Part shown: positions 47,431 through 56,239 of the stretch, piece by piece
How positions within the stretch are numbered: position 1 is the first letter of the stretch
Layout: each line of letters starts with the position of its first letter
NCBI GenBank assembly: GCA_964638145.1
Contig: CAZXAK010000045.1
Coordinates: forward strand, 87,629-151,628
Source: an uncultured Desulfobacterales bacterium
GTDB lineage: Bacteria > Desulfobacterota > Dissulfuribacteria > Dissulfuribacterales > QOAL01
Reading direction: 5' to 3'
DNA: 64,000 nt
Program-made: the position numbers and the translations under genes
Notes under the pieces: generated by a model
The model's database searches: none
The model's input: only the letters and a program-made list of their open reading frames with translations
What the model was told of the DNA's origin: nothing

Positions 47431-47589
47431 CATGGCTACAGGACATCTGAAATTCAGAAGCAATTGGCAAGGGCCGGTGGTTCTTTTTTTCATGGTTCTC
47501 ACCGCAGGGCATTAACAGATCATTGCAACTATATGGTCTCAAAAGCATGATAAAAAGCACCATGGGCCAGATAGGTGTCCTGTAGCATG
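47431..47589 (+). repeat. Family-A intergenic palindromic repeat, copy A2
   Basis: Same ordered blocks as 8401-8572: CAGGACATC, CAGAAGCAATTGGCAAGGG, CATGG, ACCGCAGG, ATCATTGCAACTATAT, CATGATAAAAA, ATAGGTGTCCTGTAGCATG. Internal pairing GGCCGGTGGTTCTTTTT / AAAAAGCACCATGGGCC. Ends 18 nt before the murA ATG. Confidence 0.75.
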
Positions 47590-47607
47590 GCCTGGATGGA
47601 AGGTTGA

Positions 47608-48894
47608 ATGGAGAGTCTTGTAATACAGGGTGGTAACAGGCTTAAAGGCCAGGTTCGTATAAGCGGGGCCAAAAATGCCGCTCTTCCCATCCTTGCAGCC
47701 ACACTGTTGTGTGGGGAGGGGATAGAGATAAAGAATCTGCCTGTATTGGAAGATATAAAGATATTCATATCCCTGCTCAGGGAGCTTGGAGCAGAGGTGC
47801 AAACAGCAAAGGGGAGTGACTCCCTCTCTCCGGTCCATGTGGATTCTTCTTCCATATCCAGTTGCGAGGCCCCTCATCAGCTCGTCAGGCAAATGCGGGC
47901 ATCAGTGCTGGTTCTCGGTCCTCTCATGGCCAGGATGGGGCGGGCCAGGGTGTCCCTGCCTGGTGGGTGTGCCATAGGTGCGCGTCCCATTGATCTCCAT
48001 CTCAAGGGGCTTGAGTTGATGGGGGCCAGTTACAGGGTCTCAGAGGGATATGTGGAGGTAAAGGCCAGGCATCTTACAGGGGGACATATATATCTGGATT
48101 TTCCGTCAGTCACAGGCACTGAGAACCTTATGATGGCCGCTGTGCTTGCAAGGGGGGTCACAGTTATTGAGAATGCTGCAAGAGAGCCTGAGATATCAGA
48201 TCTGGCTCATATGCTCAACAGTATGGGGGCCAAGATATCAGGTGCAGGAAGTGATACCCTGAGGATTGAGGGGGTCAATGAGTTGTCGGGGACCTCGTGG
48301 TCCATAATCCCTGATCGTATTGAGGCTGGCACCTACATTATGGCTGCAGGTGCTGCAGGCGGGGATATCGAGGTCATAGGGGCTGTTGCTGAACATCTTG
48401 ATTCTGCCATATCAAAGTTAAGGGCTGCCGGTTTGAAGATCGAGTGTTCAGGGCATGCAATAAATGTCAGGGCACAGGGACGTCTCAAAAGTGTAGATAT
48501 AAAGACACAGCCATATCCAGGTTTTCCCACTGATCTGCAGGCCCAGTTCATGGTGCTAATGGCCAGGGCTGGAGGATTGAGTGTGATCACAGAAAATATT
48601 TTTGAAAACCGGTTCATGCATGTAGCAGAACTTCAGCGGCTCGGGGCAGAGATAAAGGTTGAAGGTCGCAGCGCAATCATAAGGGGAGTAAAGAGGTTTA
48701 CAGGCGCCCCTGTGGCAGCTACGGATCTGAGGGCCAGTGCATGCCTGGTATTGGCCGGTCTTGCCGCAAGGGGCACCACAGAGGTTACAGAGATCCATCA
48801 TCTTGACAGGGGTTATGAGAATATGGAAAAGAAACTGCGGCAGTTGGGCGCTGACATTGTGCGGGTTAGGCGTGAAGGAGACAGTGCACAGTGA
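47608..48894 (+). CDS. murA: UDP-N-acetylglucosamine 1-carboxyvinyltransferase
   Basis: 428 aa. [17 protein letters not shown] and the active-site loop [16 protein letters not shown]. Confidence 0.95.
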   Translation: MESLVIQGGNRLKGQVRISGAKNAALPILAATLLCGEGIEIKNLPVLEDIKIFISLLRELGAEVQTAKGSDSLSPVHVDSSSISSCEAPHQLVRQMRASVLVLGPLMARMGRARVSLPGGCAIGARPIDLHLKGLELMGASYRVSEGYVEVKARHLTGGHIYLDFPSVTGTENLMMAAVLARGVTVIENAAREPEISDLAHMLNSMGAKISGAGSDTLRIEGVNELSGTSWSIIPDRIEAGTYIMAAGAAGGDIEVIGAVAEHLDSAISKLRAAGLKIECSGHAINVRAQGRLKSVDIKTQPYPGFPTDLQAQFMVLMARAGGLSVITENIFENRFMHVAELQRLGAEIKVEGRSAIIRGVKRFTGAPVAATDLRASACLVLAGLAARGTTEVTEIHHLDRGYENMEKKLRQLGADIVRVRREGDSAQ

Positions 48895-48949
48895 GATATT
48901 TTTATGTATCTGCTTACAGGGTACCGCTGCTAATGCGTTGTCATCTACC

Positions 48950-49062
48950 TGAAGTACAAGGGAGTACGCCTGCGTACCCCCCGTCTTGTATCTGTCCCTG
49001 TACGCAGATACATGTCAGACAGTTGAGCGATAATACCTGCAAATAACCCTGTTGTGAGTTAC
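48950..49062 (+). repeat. Family-C repeat, copy C-a
   Basis: Aligns with the reverse complement of 39425-39541 (see that entry). It is also part of a local inverted repeat: ATGTATCTGCTTACAGGGTAC (48904-48924) against GTCCCTGTACGCAGATACAT (48992-49012). Confidence 0.7.
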
Positions 49063-49172
49063 ATTTTTTCCTTCTGTCCTGAATTCATGTTGTCCCAATT
49101 GCAGGGACAATATCTATGGCCATGAGGAACCATGGTTCTATATGTAAATTTTTATGGTGAAATTTTAAGGAC

Positions 49173-50171
49173 ATGCAAGATATATCACTTATCGACAGTT
49201 TTCGCCGCAGGCTCACCTATCTTCGTCTTTCAATTACAGACAGATGCAATCTCAGATGTCGCTACTGTATGCCCCAGTCCAGTTTTTCCTGGATGCCTTC
49301 AGAGAATATCCTCTCCTTTGAAGAGATCATCAGGATATGCAAGGCCTTCTGTCTGCTTGGCATCAGAAAAATCAGGCTGACTGGCGGTGAGCCCCTTGTT
49401 CGTAAGGGGTTGGTATATCTTGTTAGCAGACTCAGGGGGCTTGAAGGTCTGGAAGAAATATGCCTCACTACCAATGGTACGCTGCTTGGGCAGTGCGCAG
49501 AAGAACTCCTTGACGCCGGTGTTACTCATATAAACATAAGCCTTGACACCATGAACGCTGATACATACGCTTCCATTACCGGGGCAGACATGTTCAGTGC
49601 GGTGTGGGATTCCATAATGCAGGTGATTGACCTTGGATTTTCTGAGATAAAGATAAATGCTGTTGTCATCAAGGGGGTTACGGACTCTGATATATATGAG
49701 CTTGCCGCACTTTCAACAAGATATCCACTTGATGTCAGATTTATAGAATTCATGCCAGTGGGGGACAAGATACCCTGGAGCCCTGAAAGCATGATACCGA
49801 GTGATGATGTGCGATGTATGATTGAGAAACGTATGGGAGTGCTTGAGCCGGTTGCAAGAGATGCCGGGGCAGGTCCGGCCAGCCTATTCAGGCTTGAAGG
49901 GGCGCCTGGCAAGATAGGTTTCATCAGTCCTCTGAGTCATCATTTCTGCAGTACCTGCAACAGGTTAAGGGTTACTGCTGATGGAAAGTTGCGTCTCTGC
50001 CTCTTCTCGGACAGTGAGATAGATATCAAGACCCCCCTTCGCAAGGGCATGGATGATGGAGAGCTTGAACAGTTTTTGTTAAGGGCCGTGGCATCCAAAC
50101 CAGAGGGTTATCACGCACTTGGAAAGCAACATGTCTCCTGCACAAAACGCATGTCCAGCATTGGAGGGTAA
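49173..50171 (+). CDS. moaA: GTP 3',8-cyclase MoaA (radical SAM)
   Basis: 332 aa. CNLRCRYC radical-SAM cluster motif and the C-terminal second-cluster region CSTCNRLRVTADGKLRLCLF. Confidence 0.9.
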   Translation: MQDISLIDSFRRRLTYLRLSITDRCNLRCRYCMPQSSFSWMPSENILSFEEIIRICKAFCLLGIRKIRLTGGEPLVRKGLVYLVSRLRGLEGLEEICLTTNGTLLGQCAEELLDAGVTHINISLDTMNADTYASITGADMFSAVWDSIMQVIDLGFSEIKINAVVIKGVTDSDIYELAALSTRYPLDVRFIEFMPVGDKIPWSPESMIPSDDVRCMIEKRMGVLEPVARDAGAGPASLFRLEGAPGKIGFISPLSHHFCSTCNRLRVTADGKLRLCLFSDSEIDIKTPLRKGMDDGELEQFLLRAVASKPEGYHALGKQHVSCTKRMSSIGG

Positions 50172-50232
50172 AAGTGTACTTGTGGTTTCAGTCTGTTGTG
50201 AAAAATGTAAATGAAATTATGGAGGAAGGCCC

Positions 50233-50688
50233 ATGCTGATACTTGAGGATCTGCTCTATACAGAGGATCATCTATGGGTAAGGGTCCTGGAGACAGGGCG
50301 TGTATCCATTGGGATAACCGATTATGGCCAGAGTCTGCTTGGTGAGTTTTCCTCTCTTGATATTCCGGACGTCGGTGATAAGCTCGTGGAGGGTGATCTT
50401 ATGGCAACGGCGCAGGATATTGACGGAGAGATACTGGAATTTGCAAGTCCTGTAACTGGTACTGTGATTTTGGTCAACAAGGAGATCATTGATGATCCAG
50501 ACGTTGTTTCAGAAGATCCATATGAAGAAGGTTGGCTTGTGCATATCAGGCTTGAACAGCCCAGAGAGCTGGACGATCTCATGTCTCCAGAGGACTATGA
50601 GCTTTATGTGCAGGAGCAGGAACTTCTGAGAGAAGAGCTTACAGATGAGGATGGGGAGGACCTGCTTGAGGTGAGGGAAAATGAGTAA
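50233..50688 (+). CDS. glycine-cleavage H-like (GcvH-fold) protein lacking the lipoyl-lysine
   Basis: 151 aa. Aligns with GcvH via HLWV..., IGITDYGQ, SPVTGTVILVN and DPYEEGWLV. The segment corresponding to E. coli AESVKAASDIYAPVSG is TAQDIDGEILEFASPVTG, which contains no Lys. Acidic C-terminal tail. The stop overlaps the fabD start by 8 nt. Confidence 0.7.
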   Translation: MLILEDLLYTEDHLWVRVLETGRVSIGITDYGQSLLGEFSSLDIPDVGDKLVEGDLMATAQDIDGEILEFASPVTGTVILVNKEIIDDPDVVSEDPYEEGWLVHIRLEQPRELDDLMSPEDYELYVQEQELLREELTDEDGEDLLEVRENE

Positions 50689-51625
50689 ACGCAATATGGC
50701 CTTTCTGTTTCCTGGCCAGGGGTCACAATTTATAGGAATGGGGCAGGAGTTTTTTGATTCTGTACGTTCTTGCGCTGAAATATTCGAGATAGCAGAGGAG
50801 GTCACAGGGATTCCGGTAAGGGAGTTGTGTTTTAAAGGACCGGCGGAAGAGCTGGTAAGGACAGCCAATCTTCAGCCCTGTCTTACCACTGTTGAGATGG
50901 CCTGTGCTGCTGCTGCCATGGACATGGGTATGAAACCTGTGGCTGCAGCAGGCCACAGTCTGGGTGAATATCCGGCCCTGTGGTGTGCAGGTGTTATCAG
51001 TACAGAATCTGCCATAAAGCTGGTGCAGGAACGTGGCAAATTTATGGAACAGGCCGCTGAGGACAGACCTGGTGCAATGGCTGCGGTCATTGGTATGCCC
51101 AAGGATGAACTGGAGAGTCTTGTGGAACAGTGCCGTACAGAAGGTGAGGTGCTGGCCCTGGCCAATTACAATTCTCCCGAACAGATTGTTGTTACTGGAG
51201 AAAAGGAGCCTGTGGCGCGGCTTTGCAAACAGGTAAAGAAGAGGAAGGCAAAGGCTATTCCTTTGAAGGTTTCAGGGGCATATCATAGTCTACTCATGGA
51301 TAGGGCCGCATTGTTGTTCTCTGAAGTGGTGCAAAAAGTGGAGTTCTCTGCCCCTGCCTTTCCTGTGTATAACAATGTTAACGGTAAGGTGGTGAGAGAT
51401 CCCATAAAGATAAAGCAACTTATGGTGGAACAGATATGTGCACCTGTCAGGTGGGTTGATATAGTAACCAATATGGCTGATGACGGGGTTGAAGTATTTG
51501 TTGAGGCAGGTCCCAAGAAGGTTCTTACCAATCTGACACGTAAATGCCTTGGGGACCGGCAGGTGTCATTCTGTCAGTTTGATTCGCCCGAATCTCTAAA
51601 CGCGTGCGTTAGGTGCGTGCATTAA
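50681..51625 (+). CDS. fabD: malonyl-CoA:ACP transacylase
   Basis: 314 aa. FLFPGQGSQ and active-site GHSLGEY. Confidence 0.9.
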   Translation: MSKRNMAFLFPGQGSQFIGMGQEFFDSVRSCAEIFEIAEEVTGIPVRELCFKGPAEELVRTANLQPCLTTVEMACAAAAMDMGMKPVAAAGHSLGEYPALWCAGVISTESAIKLVQERGKFMEQAAEDRPGAMAAVIGMPKDELESLVEQCRTEGEVLALANYNSPEQIVVTGEKEPVARLCKQVKKRKAKAIPLKVSGAYHSLLMDRAALLFSEVVQKVEFSAPAFPVYNNVNGKVVRDPIKIKQLMVEQICAPVRWVDIVTNMADDGVEVFVEAGPKKVLTNLTRKCLGDRQVSFCQFDSPESLNACVRCVH

Positions 51626-51663
51626 CGGTTGAGAAGGAGATTTTGTGACGGTAGGGTCGGGTC

Positions 51664-52524
51664 TCAAGTACAGGTGAAGGTTTCCGCCTCCTGGTCAATG
51701 ATCATGAGCACAGTCCTGACCCTTGTTGTTATGGTCATCATCCCGTTTTCGGCCCGTTCTCTCACATATGATGCCACGTACTCCTTTTCTTTCTGATCCA
51801 ATGTCCTGTACATCTCCAGGCGCCATATGAGATTTTTGATCTGTTTTTCTACACTCCTTTTTTTCTTCCAGCACCCTCTGAAGAAGTGCAACTCAGGTGC
51901 ATATCCACGTGCGTAGAGATAGTTAAAAAGTATGTTCATGTCACTGAGGTGTTTGCCAGGTTTTCTGTTGAGTATCTTCGTGCCAAGCTCAGAGAGGATC
52001 ATGTTTTCTCTGATCCCAGCCCATGTTACAAATGCAACGTATCTTTTTGAATAGCCTATAAATCTGTCAACATTGTTCATGTCTTTTAGGAGTGGGGACA
52101 TGGAGCAGAATACCAGGTCAAAACGTCTTTCAGTGGAGAATTTGTGCCAGTCTGCTTGGATTAACTCAATGTTTTCAATGCCGGCCATCTCTTTCTTCTC
52201 CCTGAGTTTGTCCAGCATTCTGCCTGATATGTCTACGCATGTGATTTTCTTGCAGAAAGGCGCCATTCGTACTGCATAGGTCCCTGTGCCACAGGCAATA
52301 TCAAGCATGTTACACTGGCTTGTCAGTATCTGGGCCTCTTTAAGTATATTTACCACCCCATTGACCTGGGCCATGTAGTCATGACAGGCGTCAAGATCGT
52401 CATATCCTTCTGCTGCCTTGTCCCAGCACTCGGCAGTCATGCACTTTTTGTTTGCAGACGATCTGCTCTGATCGTCTGCCAGGGCCTTCCAGAAGTCAGG
52501 GGATGTGATTCGGGGCTTTGTCAT
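51664..52524 (-). CDS. class I SAM-dependent methyltransferase
   Basis: 286 aa. SAM-binding motif I LDIACGTGTY and post-I VDISGRML. The substrate is unknown. Confidence 0.7.
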   Translation of the reverse strand: MTKPRITSPDFWKALADDQSRSSANKKCMTAECWDKAAEGYDDLDACHDYMAQVNGVVNILKEAQILTSQCNMLDIACGTGTYAVRMAPFCKKITCVDISGRMLDKLREKKEMAGIENIELIQADWHKFSTERRFDLVFCSMSPLLKDMNNVDRFIGYSKRYVAFVTWAGIRENMILSELGTKILNRKPGKHLSDMNILFNYLYARGYAPELHFFRGCWKKKRSVEKQIKNLIWRLEMYRTLDQKEKEYVASYVRERAENGMMTITTRVRTVLMIIDQEAETFTCT

Positions 52525-52546
52525 TTGCTATCCAAAAATAATATAA

Positions 52547-52733
52547 CCTGAATTGAGCGATTCCCAAGTTTGCATGAGATGCAAGGCAGAGGATACGCAG
52601 ACGTACTGTTGTACTTCAAGTATCCGACAGGGAAGCGAAGACTTCGAGGCAGCAGATCATGCGAAATTGGGAATCCCGTAGCGGTTTCAAATTAGGTAGA
52701 AAGCAAAACAGTTTTTGAAACGTTCAATTCAGG
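52547..52733. mobile_element. Family-B/C composite MITE-like element, copy B3, with 5-bp direct repeats
   Basis: Ends CCTGAATTGAGCG... and ...CGTTCAATTCAGG form a 13-bp terminal inverted repeat. A second nested inverted repeat pairs GATTCCCAAGTTTGCATGAGATGC with GCAGATCATGCGAAATTGGGAATC. The core 52598-52650 is homologous to 39525-39578. TATAA lies on both flanks (52542-52546 and 52734-52738). The element exactly fills the gap between the methyltransferase start and the pyrC stop. Confidence 0.8.
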
Positions 52734-52739
52734 TATAAG

Positions 52740-54065
52740 TTAAGCTTCGTATACGATCCTGCCATTCACAATGGTGAGTACTGCCCTGCCTCTGACCCTC
52801 CTGTTGATAAACGGACTGTTATGGCTGATTGAGTGAAAACTTTCAACCGTGACTGTCCATTCATGGTCTGGATCAATTACCGTAATGTCGGCAGCCTCTC
52901 CCTGTTTCAGGGTGCCTCCCGATACCCCCAGTATGGATGCCGGAGCAGTTGACATGAGACGTATCATATCCATGGGGGTGATGATATCTTGCCGTACAAG
53001 TTCCAAGGATAGTGGAAGGGAGGTCTCAAGTCCTATGATCCCGTTCATTGCCATGGCGAATTCGCACTCCTTTTCAAGACAACTGTGGGGGGCGTGATCA
53101 GTGGCAATGGCATCGAGCGTTCCGTCTTTAAGGCCTTCTGCCACAGCAAGTCTGTCTGCCTCGGTGCGAAGCGGAGGGTTCATCTTGGCAAAGGTGTTGT
53201 AACCCTCCACAGCCTCTTCGGTGAGTGTGAAGTAGTGTGGCGCCGTTTCTGCCGTTACCGTAACGCCCCTTTTTTTGGCCTGCCTGATTATCTCCACGCT
53301 TCCCGCAGTGCTTACATGTGCCACGTGCAGTCTGCTTCCGGTAAGCTCGGCAATGGCCACATCACGGAATATGGCAACCTCTTCTGCTGCATTGGGTATT
53401 CCTTTGAGGCCAAGTCGGGTGGACACGGCCCCTTCATTCATGGCACCGCCGGCTGACAGTTCAAGCTCTTCTGAATGAGAGATGATGAGGGCGTTGAAGT
53501 TTCTGGCATAGTCCAGTGCAAGGCGCATCACAGCCGCGTTTTTTACCGGCATCCCATCGTCTGAAAATGCAACGGCACCGTTAATCAGGAGGTCTCCAAA
53601 CTCGGTAAGCTCTTCGCCCTTCATCCCCTTTGTAATCGTGGCAACTGGCCATACCTTAGCAAGCCCTGCGTCTGCCGCGCGATCAATTATGAATCTTGTT
53701 ATGCCTGAAGAGTCGTTTGCCGGCCTTGTGTTGGGCATGCAGGCAACACCTGTAAAGCCACCTGCAACAGCGGCCCGTGTTCCACTTTCGATGGTTTCCT
53801 TGTACTCCTCTCCTGGCTCCCTCAGATGGACGTGCATGTCAATTAGACCTGGAGTTATCCATAGACCGGTCATGTCAAAGACCCGGCAGGGGTCGGGGAT
53901 ATCTTTTACCACACCGACAGATTCAATTTTTCCATCGATTATCAGACAGTCACCTTGCTGGTCAATACCTGATGAGGGATCAATTATGCGGCCGTTTCTG
54001 AGCAGAATGCCTGTATCTGTTCTGACCTGCGCTGATTGCCCCTTTTTACTGTGCCCTGGATTCAC
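52740..54065 (-). CDS. pyrC: dihydroorotase
   Basis: GLIDMHVHLREPG (HxH) and amidohydrolase-fold blocks. There is no ATG near the homologous N-terminus (ILLRNGRIIDP). A GTG at 54065 preceded by AAGGAG gives ~441 aa and overlaps pyrB by 20 nt. Confidence 0.85.
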   Translation of the reverse strand: MNPGHSKKGQSAQVRTDTGILLRNGRIIDPSSGIDQQGDCLIIDGKIESVGVVKDIPDPCRVFDMTGLWITPGLIDMHVHLREPGEEYKETIESGTRAAVAGGFTGVACMPNTRPANDSSGITRFIIDRAADAGLAKVWPVATITKGMKGEELTEFGDLLINGAVAFSDDGMPVKNAAVMRLALDYARNFNALIISHSEELELSAGGAMNEGAVSTRLGLKGIPNAAEEVAIFRDVAIAELTGSRLHVAHVSTAGSVEIIRQAKKRGVTVTAETAPHYFTLTEEAVEGYNTFAKMNPPLRTEADRLAVAEGLKDGTLDAIATDHAPHSCLEKECEFAMAMNGIIGLETSLPLSLELVRQDIITPMDMIRLMSTAPASILGVSGGTLKQGEAADITVIDPDHEWTVTVESFHSISHNSPFINRRVRGRAVLTIVNGRIVYEA

Positions 54066-55023
54066 TGAAATCGTTCTCCTTGTTCTTGCTTTCTGCCTTT
54101 GCCGGGTCTGCGAGGAGTACTGAAAGCAGGGCCATGCGCACTGCCACTCCATTTGTTACCTGATCCAGTATCACTGAGTGGTCCCCGTCAGCAACCTCGG
54201 GAGACATCTCTACCCCCCGGTTTATGGGGCCTGGGTGCATTATCAAGGCATCCGGCCTGGCATACCGTAGTGTCGCAGCATTTATGCCAAAGAAGGAAGC
54301 ATATTCCCTGATAGACGGAATCAGGCTCCTACCCTGCCTTTCCTTCTGGATCCTCAGTGCAATGATTACATCAGCATCTCTGATGGCCTCCCTGATACTG
54401 TATCTTACCGTGGCCCCTATACTCTCCACGTCTATTGGCAGCATGGTGGCAGGGCCACATACAGTAACCCTGGCCCCCATTTTGGTAAAGGCCAGTATGT
54501 CGGAGTGGGCTACCCTGCTGTGAGCAATATCTCCAACAATGGTTATGTTGAGGCCGTTGAGCCTGCCAAGGTGTTCTCTCACAGTCATGAGATCCAGCAG
54601 GGCCTGAGATGGGTGTTCGTTGGTGCCGTCACCTGCATTGATGACAGCAGAGTTGACGAAACGTGACATGATGTGAGGGGCGCCTGACATGGGATGGCGC
54701 ATCACTATGACATCCGGTTTCATGGCCTCTATGTTACGGGCAGTATCTATCAGGGTTTCACCCTTTACGACGCTACTGGCTGATGCTGTGATGCCAACTG
54801 TGTCAGCACTCAGGCGTTTGGCTGCAAGCTCAAAGGAGAGTTTGGTCCTTGTGCTGGGTTCAAAGAAGAGGTGGACCACTGTTCTGCCCCTTAGAGGGGG
54901 TACCTTTTTTATTGGCCGTTCAAGGATACCCTTGAGCGCTTCTGCAGTATCGAGGATATAGGTTATTTCGTCGGCTTCAAGATGGGATATGCCAAGGACA
55001 TGCCTGGATCGAAGTCTCTTCAT
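54046..55023 (-). CDS. pyrB: aspartate carbamoyltransferase catalytic subunit
   Basis: EPSTRTKLSFE (S-T-R-T) and NEHPSQALLD motifs. The start is uncertain, with in-frame ATGs at 55023, 55032 and 55062. Confidence 0.85.
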   Translation of the reverse strand: MKRLRSRHVLGISHLEADEITYILDTAEALKGILERPIKKVPPLRGRTVVHLFFEPSTRTKLSFELAAKRLSADTVGITASASSVVKGETLIDTARNIEAMKPDVIVMRHPMSGAPHIMSRFVNSAVINAGDGTNEHPSQALLDLMTVREHLGRLNGLNITIVGDIAHSRVAHSDILAFTKMGARVTVCGPATMLPIDVESIGATVRYSIREAIRDADVIIALRIQKERQGRSLIPSIREYASFFGINAATLRYARPDALIMHPGPINRGVEMSPEVADGDHSVILDQVTNGVAVRMALLSVLLADPAKAESKNKENDFSESRAQ

Positions 55024-55087
55024 ATTTACCATGAAAGTGCATGCCGGGCATGTGGTTGTCATTGCCCGGTGAGGTTAATCAATAGGT

Positions 55088-55145
55088 AAGTGGTTGCAGG
55101 ATTCCCCATCTGCTGTGTCGGAGTATTCGTTTACCTGCGTTGCCC
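55088..55145. repeat. Family-B/C repeat fragment (B5)
   Basis: TGGTTGCAGGATTCCCC and CGGAGTATTCGTTTACCTGCG match TGGTTGCGGGATTCCC and CGGAGTATCTGCTTACCTGCC at 14590-14650. Confidence 0.4.
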
Positions 55146-55256
55146 TATACCCGCTTACAAGGCGAGGGATCATACAGCAAAGCCTTGCGGCCCCTGTGAT
55201 AGTTACATCACTAAGCATGGAATGCCCCTTTTTCCAACCTGTTCATGATGCATTCC

Positions 55257-55289
55257 AAAAAAAAGCCTCCCTGATTTGGGAGGCTTTTG
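55257..55289 (-). terminator. rho-independent terminator downstream of porB (A/T tracts on both sides, potentially bidirectional)
   Basis: On the minus strand: AGCCTCCC-aaatca-GGGAGGCT followed by TTTTTTTT, starting ~12 nt after the porB stop. Confidence 0.8.
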
Positions 55290-55300
55290 GTCATCTCTTT

Positions 55301-56239
55301 TTAAGTCATTTCTGACAACTTTAAGAGTTTCTCGTACTCGGCATCGACCCGTTTCTGAATGTAGTCAATATGTTCCTCGTCAAGGTGGCGGAATCGTTTC
55401 TGCCCCTTGAGGTACTCAGTCACAGGCTTTGGTTTGTTGATCTTGCGGCTCATAATATAACGTCCCTCTATTACCTCGTAAAGGGGAAAGACCTTGGTCT
55501 CTACAGCCAGTTTGGCGAACTCAATGGATCTTTCGCCTGCTGATCCCCAGCCGGTGGGGCATGGGGAGTAGATGTGAACATAGGCAGGGCCTTTGACAAG
55601 GGCCGCCTTCTTGACCTTGTTCATCAGGTCAAGGTAGTAGGCAGGGGATGCGGTGGCAACATAGGGAATGTTGTGGGCCACTGCTATTGCTGGCACGTTC
55701 TTTTTCCATGTTACCTGGCCAAAGCTCTTGGAACCAGGAGGGCTGGTGGTGGTCATGGCGCCGTATGGGGTACAACCAGAACGCTGAACGCCTGTGTTCA
55801 TGTATGCCTCGTTGTCAAGACACACATAGAGGAAGTCGTGGCCGCGTTCAAAAGCACCTGATATCCACTGGAGCCCGATATCTCCTGTGGCACCGTCGCC
55901 ACCTACAGCCATTATGTCAACGTGTTTTTTGGGGATGCGGCCCTTTCTCCTGAGTACCTTTCTCGCTGACTCTACACCAGAGGCCACGGCAGCAGCGTTC
56001 TCAAAGGCAATATGAATCCATGGCACACGCCATGCGGTATGGGGATATGGAGTGGTAATGATCTCCATGCATCCTGTGGCGCTGCATACAATCACGTCCT
56101 TGCCCAGGGCCTTCATCACCATCCTCAGGGCAAGGACCTCGCCGCAGCCCTGACAGGCACGGTGGCCTGGAGCAAGAGGCTCGTCCTTGGGAATACTTTT
56201 AGCTTTAAAGCCTTTGAATTTTTCGAATTCTGGTATCAT
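55301..56239 (-). CDS. porB: 2-oxoacid:ferredoxin oxidoreductase, beta (TPP-binding) subunit
   Basis: 312 aa. N-terminal CQGCG, TPP motif VGGDGATGDIG. ATGA overlap with the alpha subunit. Confidence 0.8.
   Translation of the reverse strand: MIPEFEKFKGFKAKSIPKDEPLAPGHRACQGCGEVLALRMVMKALGKDVIVCSATGCMEIITTPYPHTAWRVPWIHIAFENAAAVASGVESARKVLRRKGRIPKKHVDIMAVGGDGATGDIGLQWISGAFERGHDFLYVCLDNEAYMNTGVQRSGCTPYGAMTTTSPPGSKSFGQVTWKKNVPAIAVAHNIPYVATASPAYYLDLMNKVKKAALVKGPAYVHIYSPCPTGWGSAGERSIEFAKLAVETKVFPLYEVIEGRYIMSRKINKPKPVTEYLKGQKRFRHLDEEHIDYIQKRVDAEYEKLLKLSEMT

Noticed and set aside
48895-49172. Expected Moco riboswitch upstream of moaA
   Set aside because: I could not recognise the conserved Moco-motif elements by eye. 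Most of the spacer is a family-C repeat also present upstream of fliK. I cannot exclude a riboswitch without a covariance-model scan.
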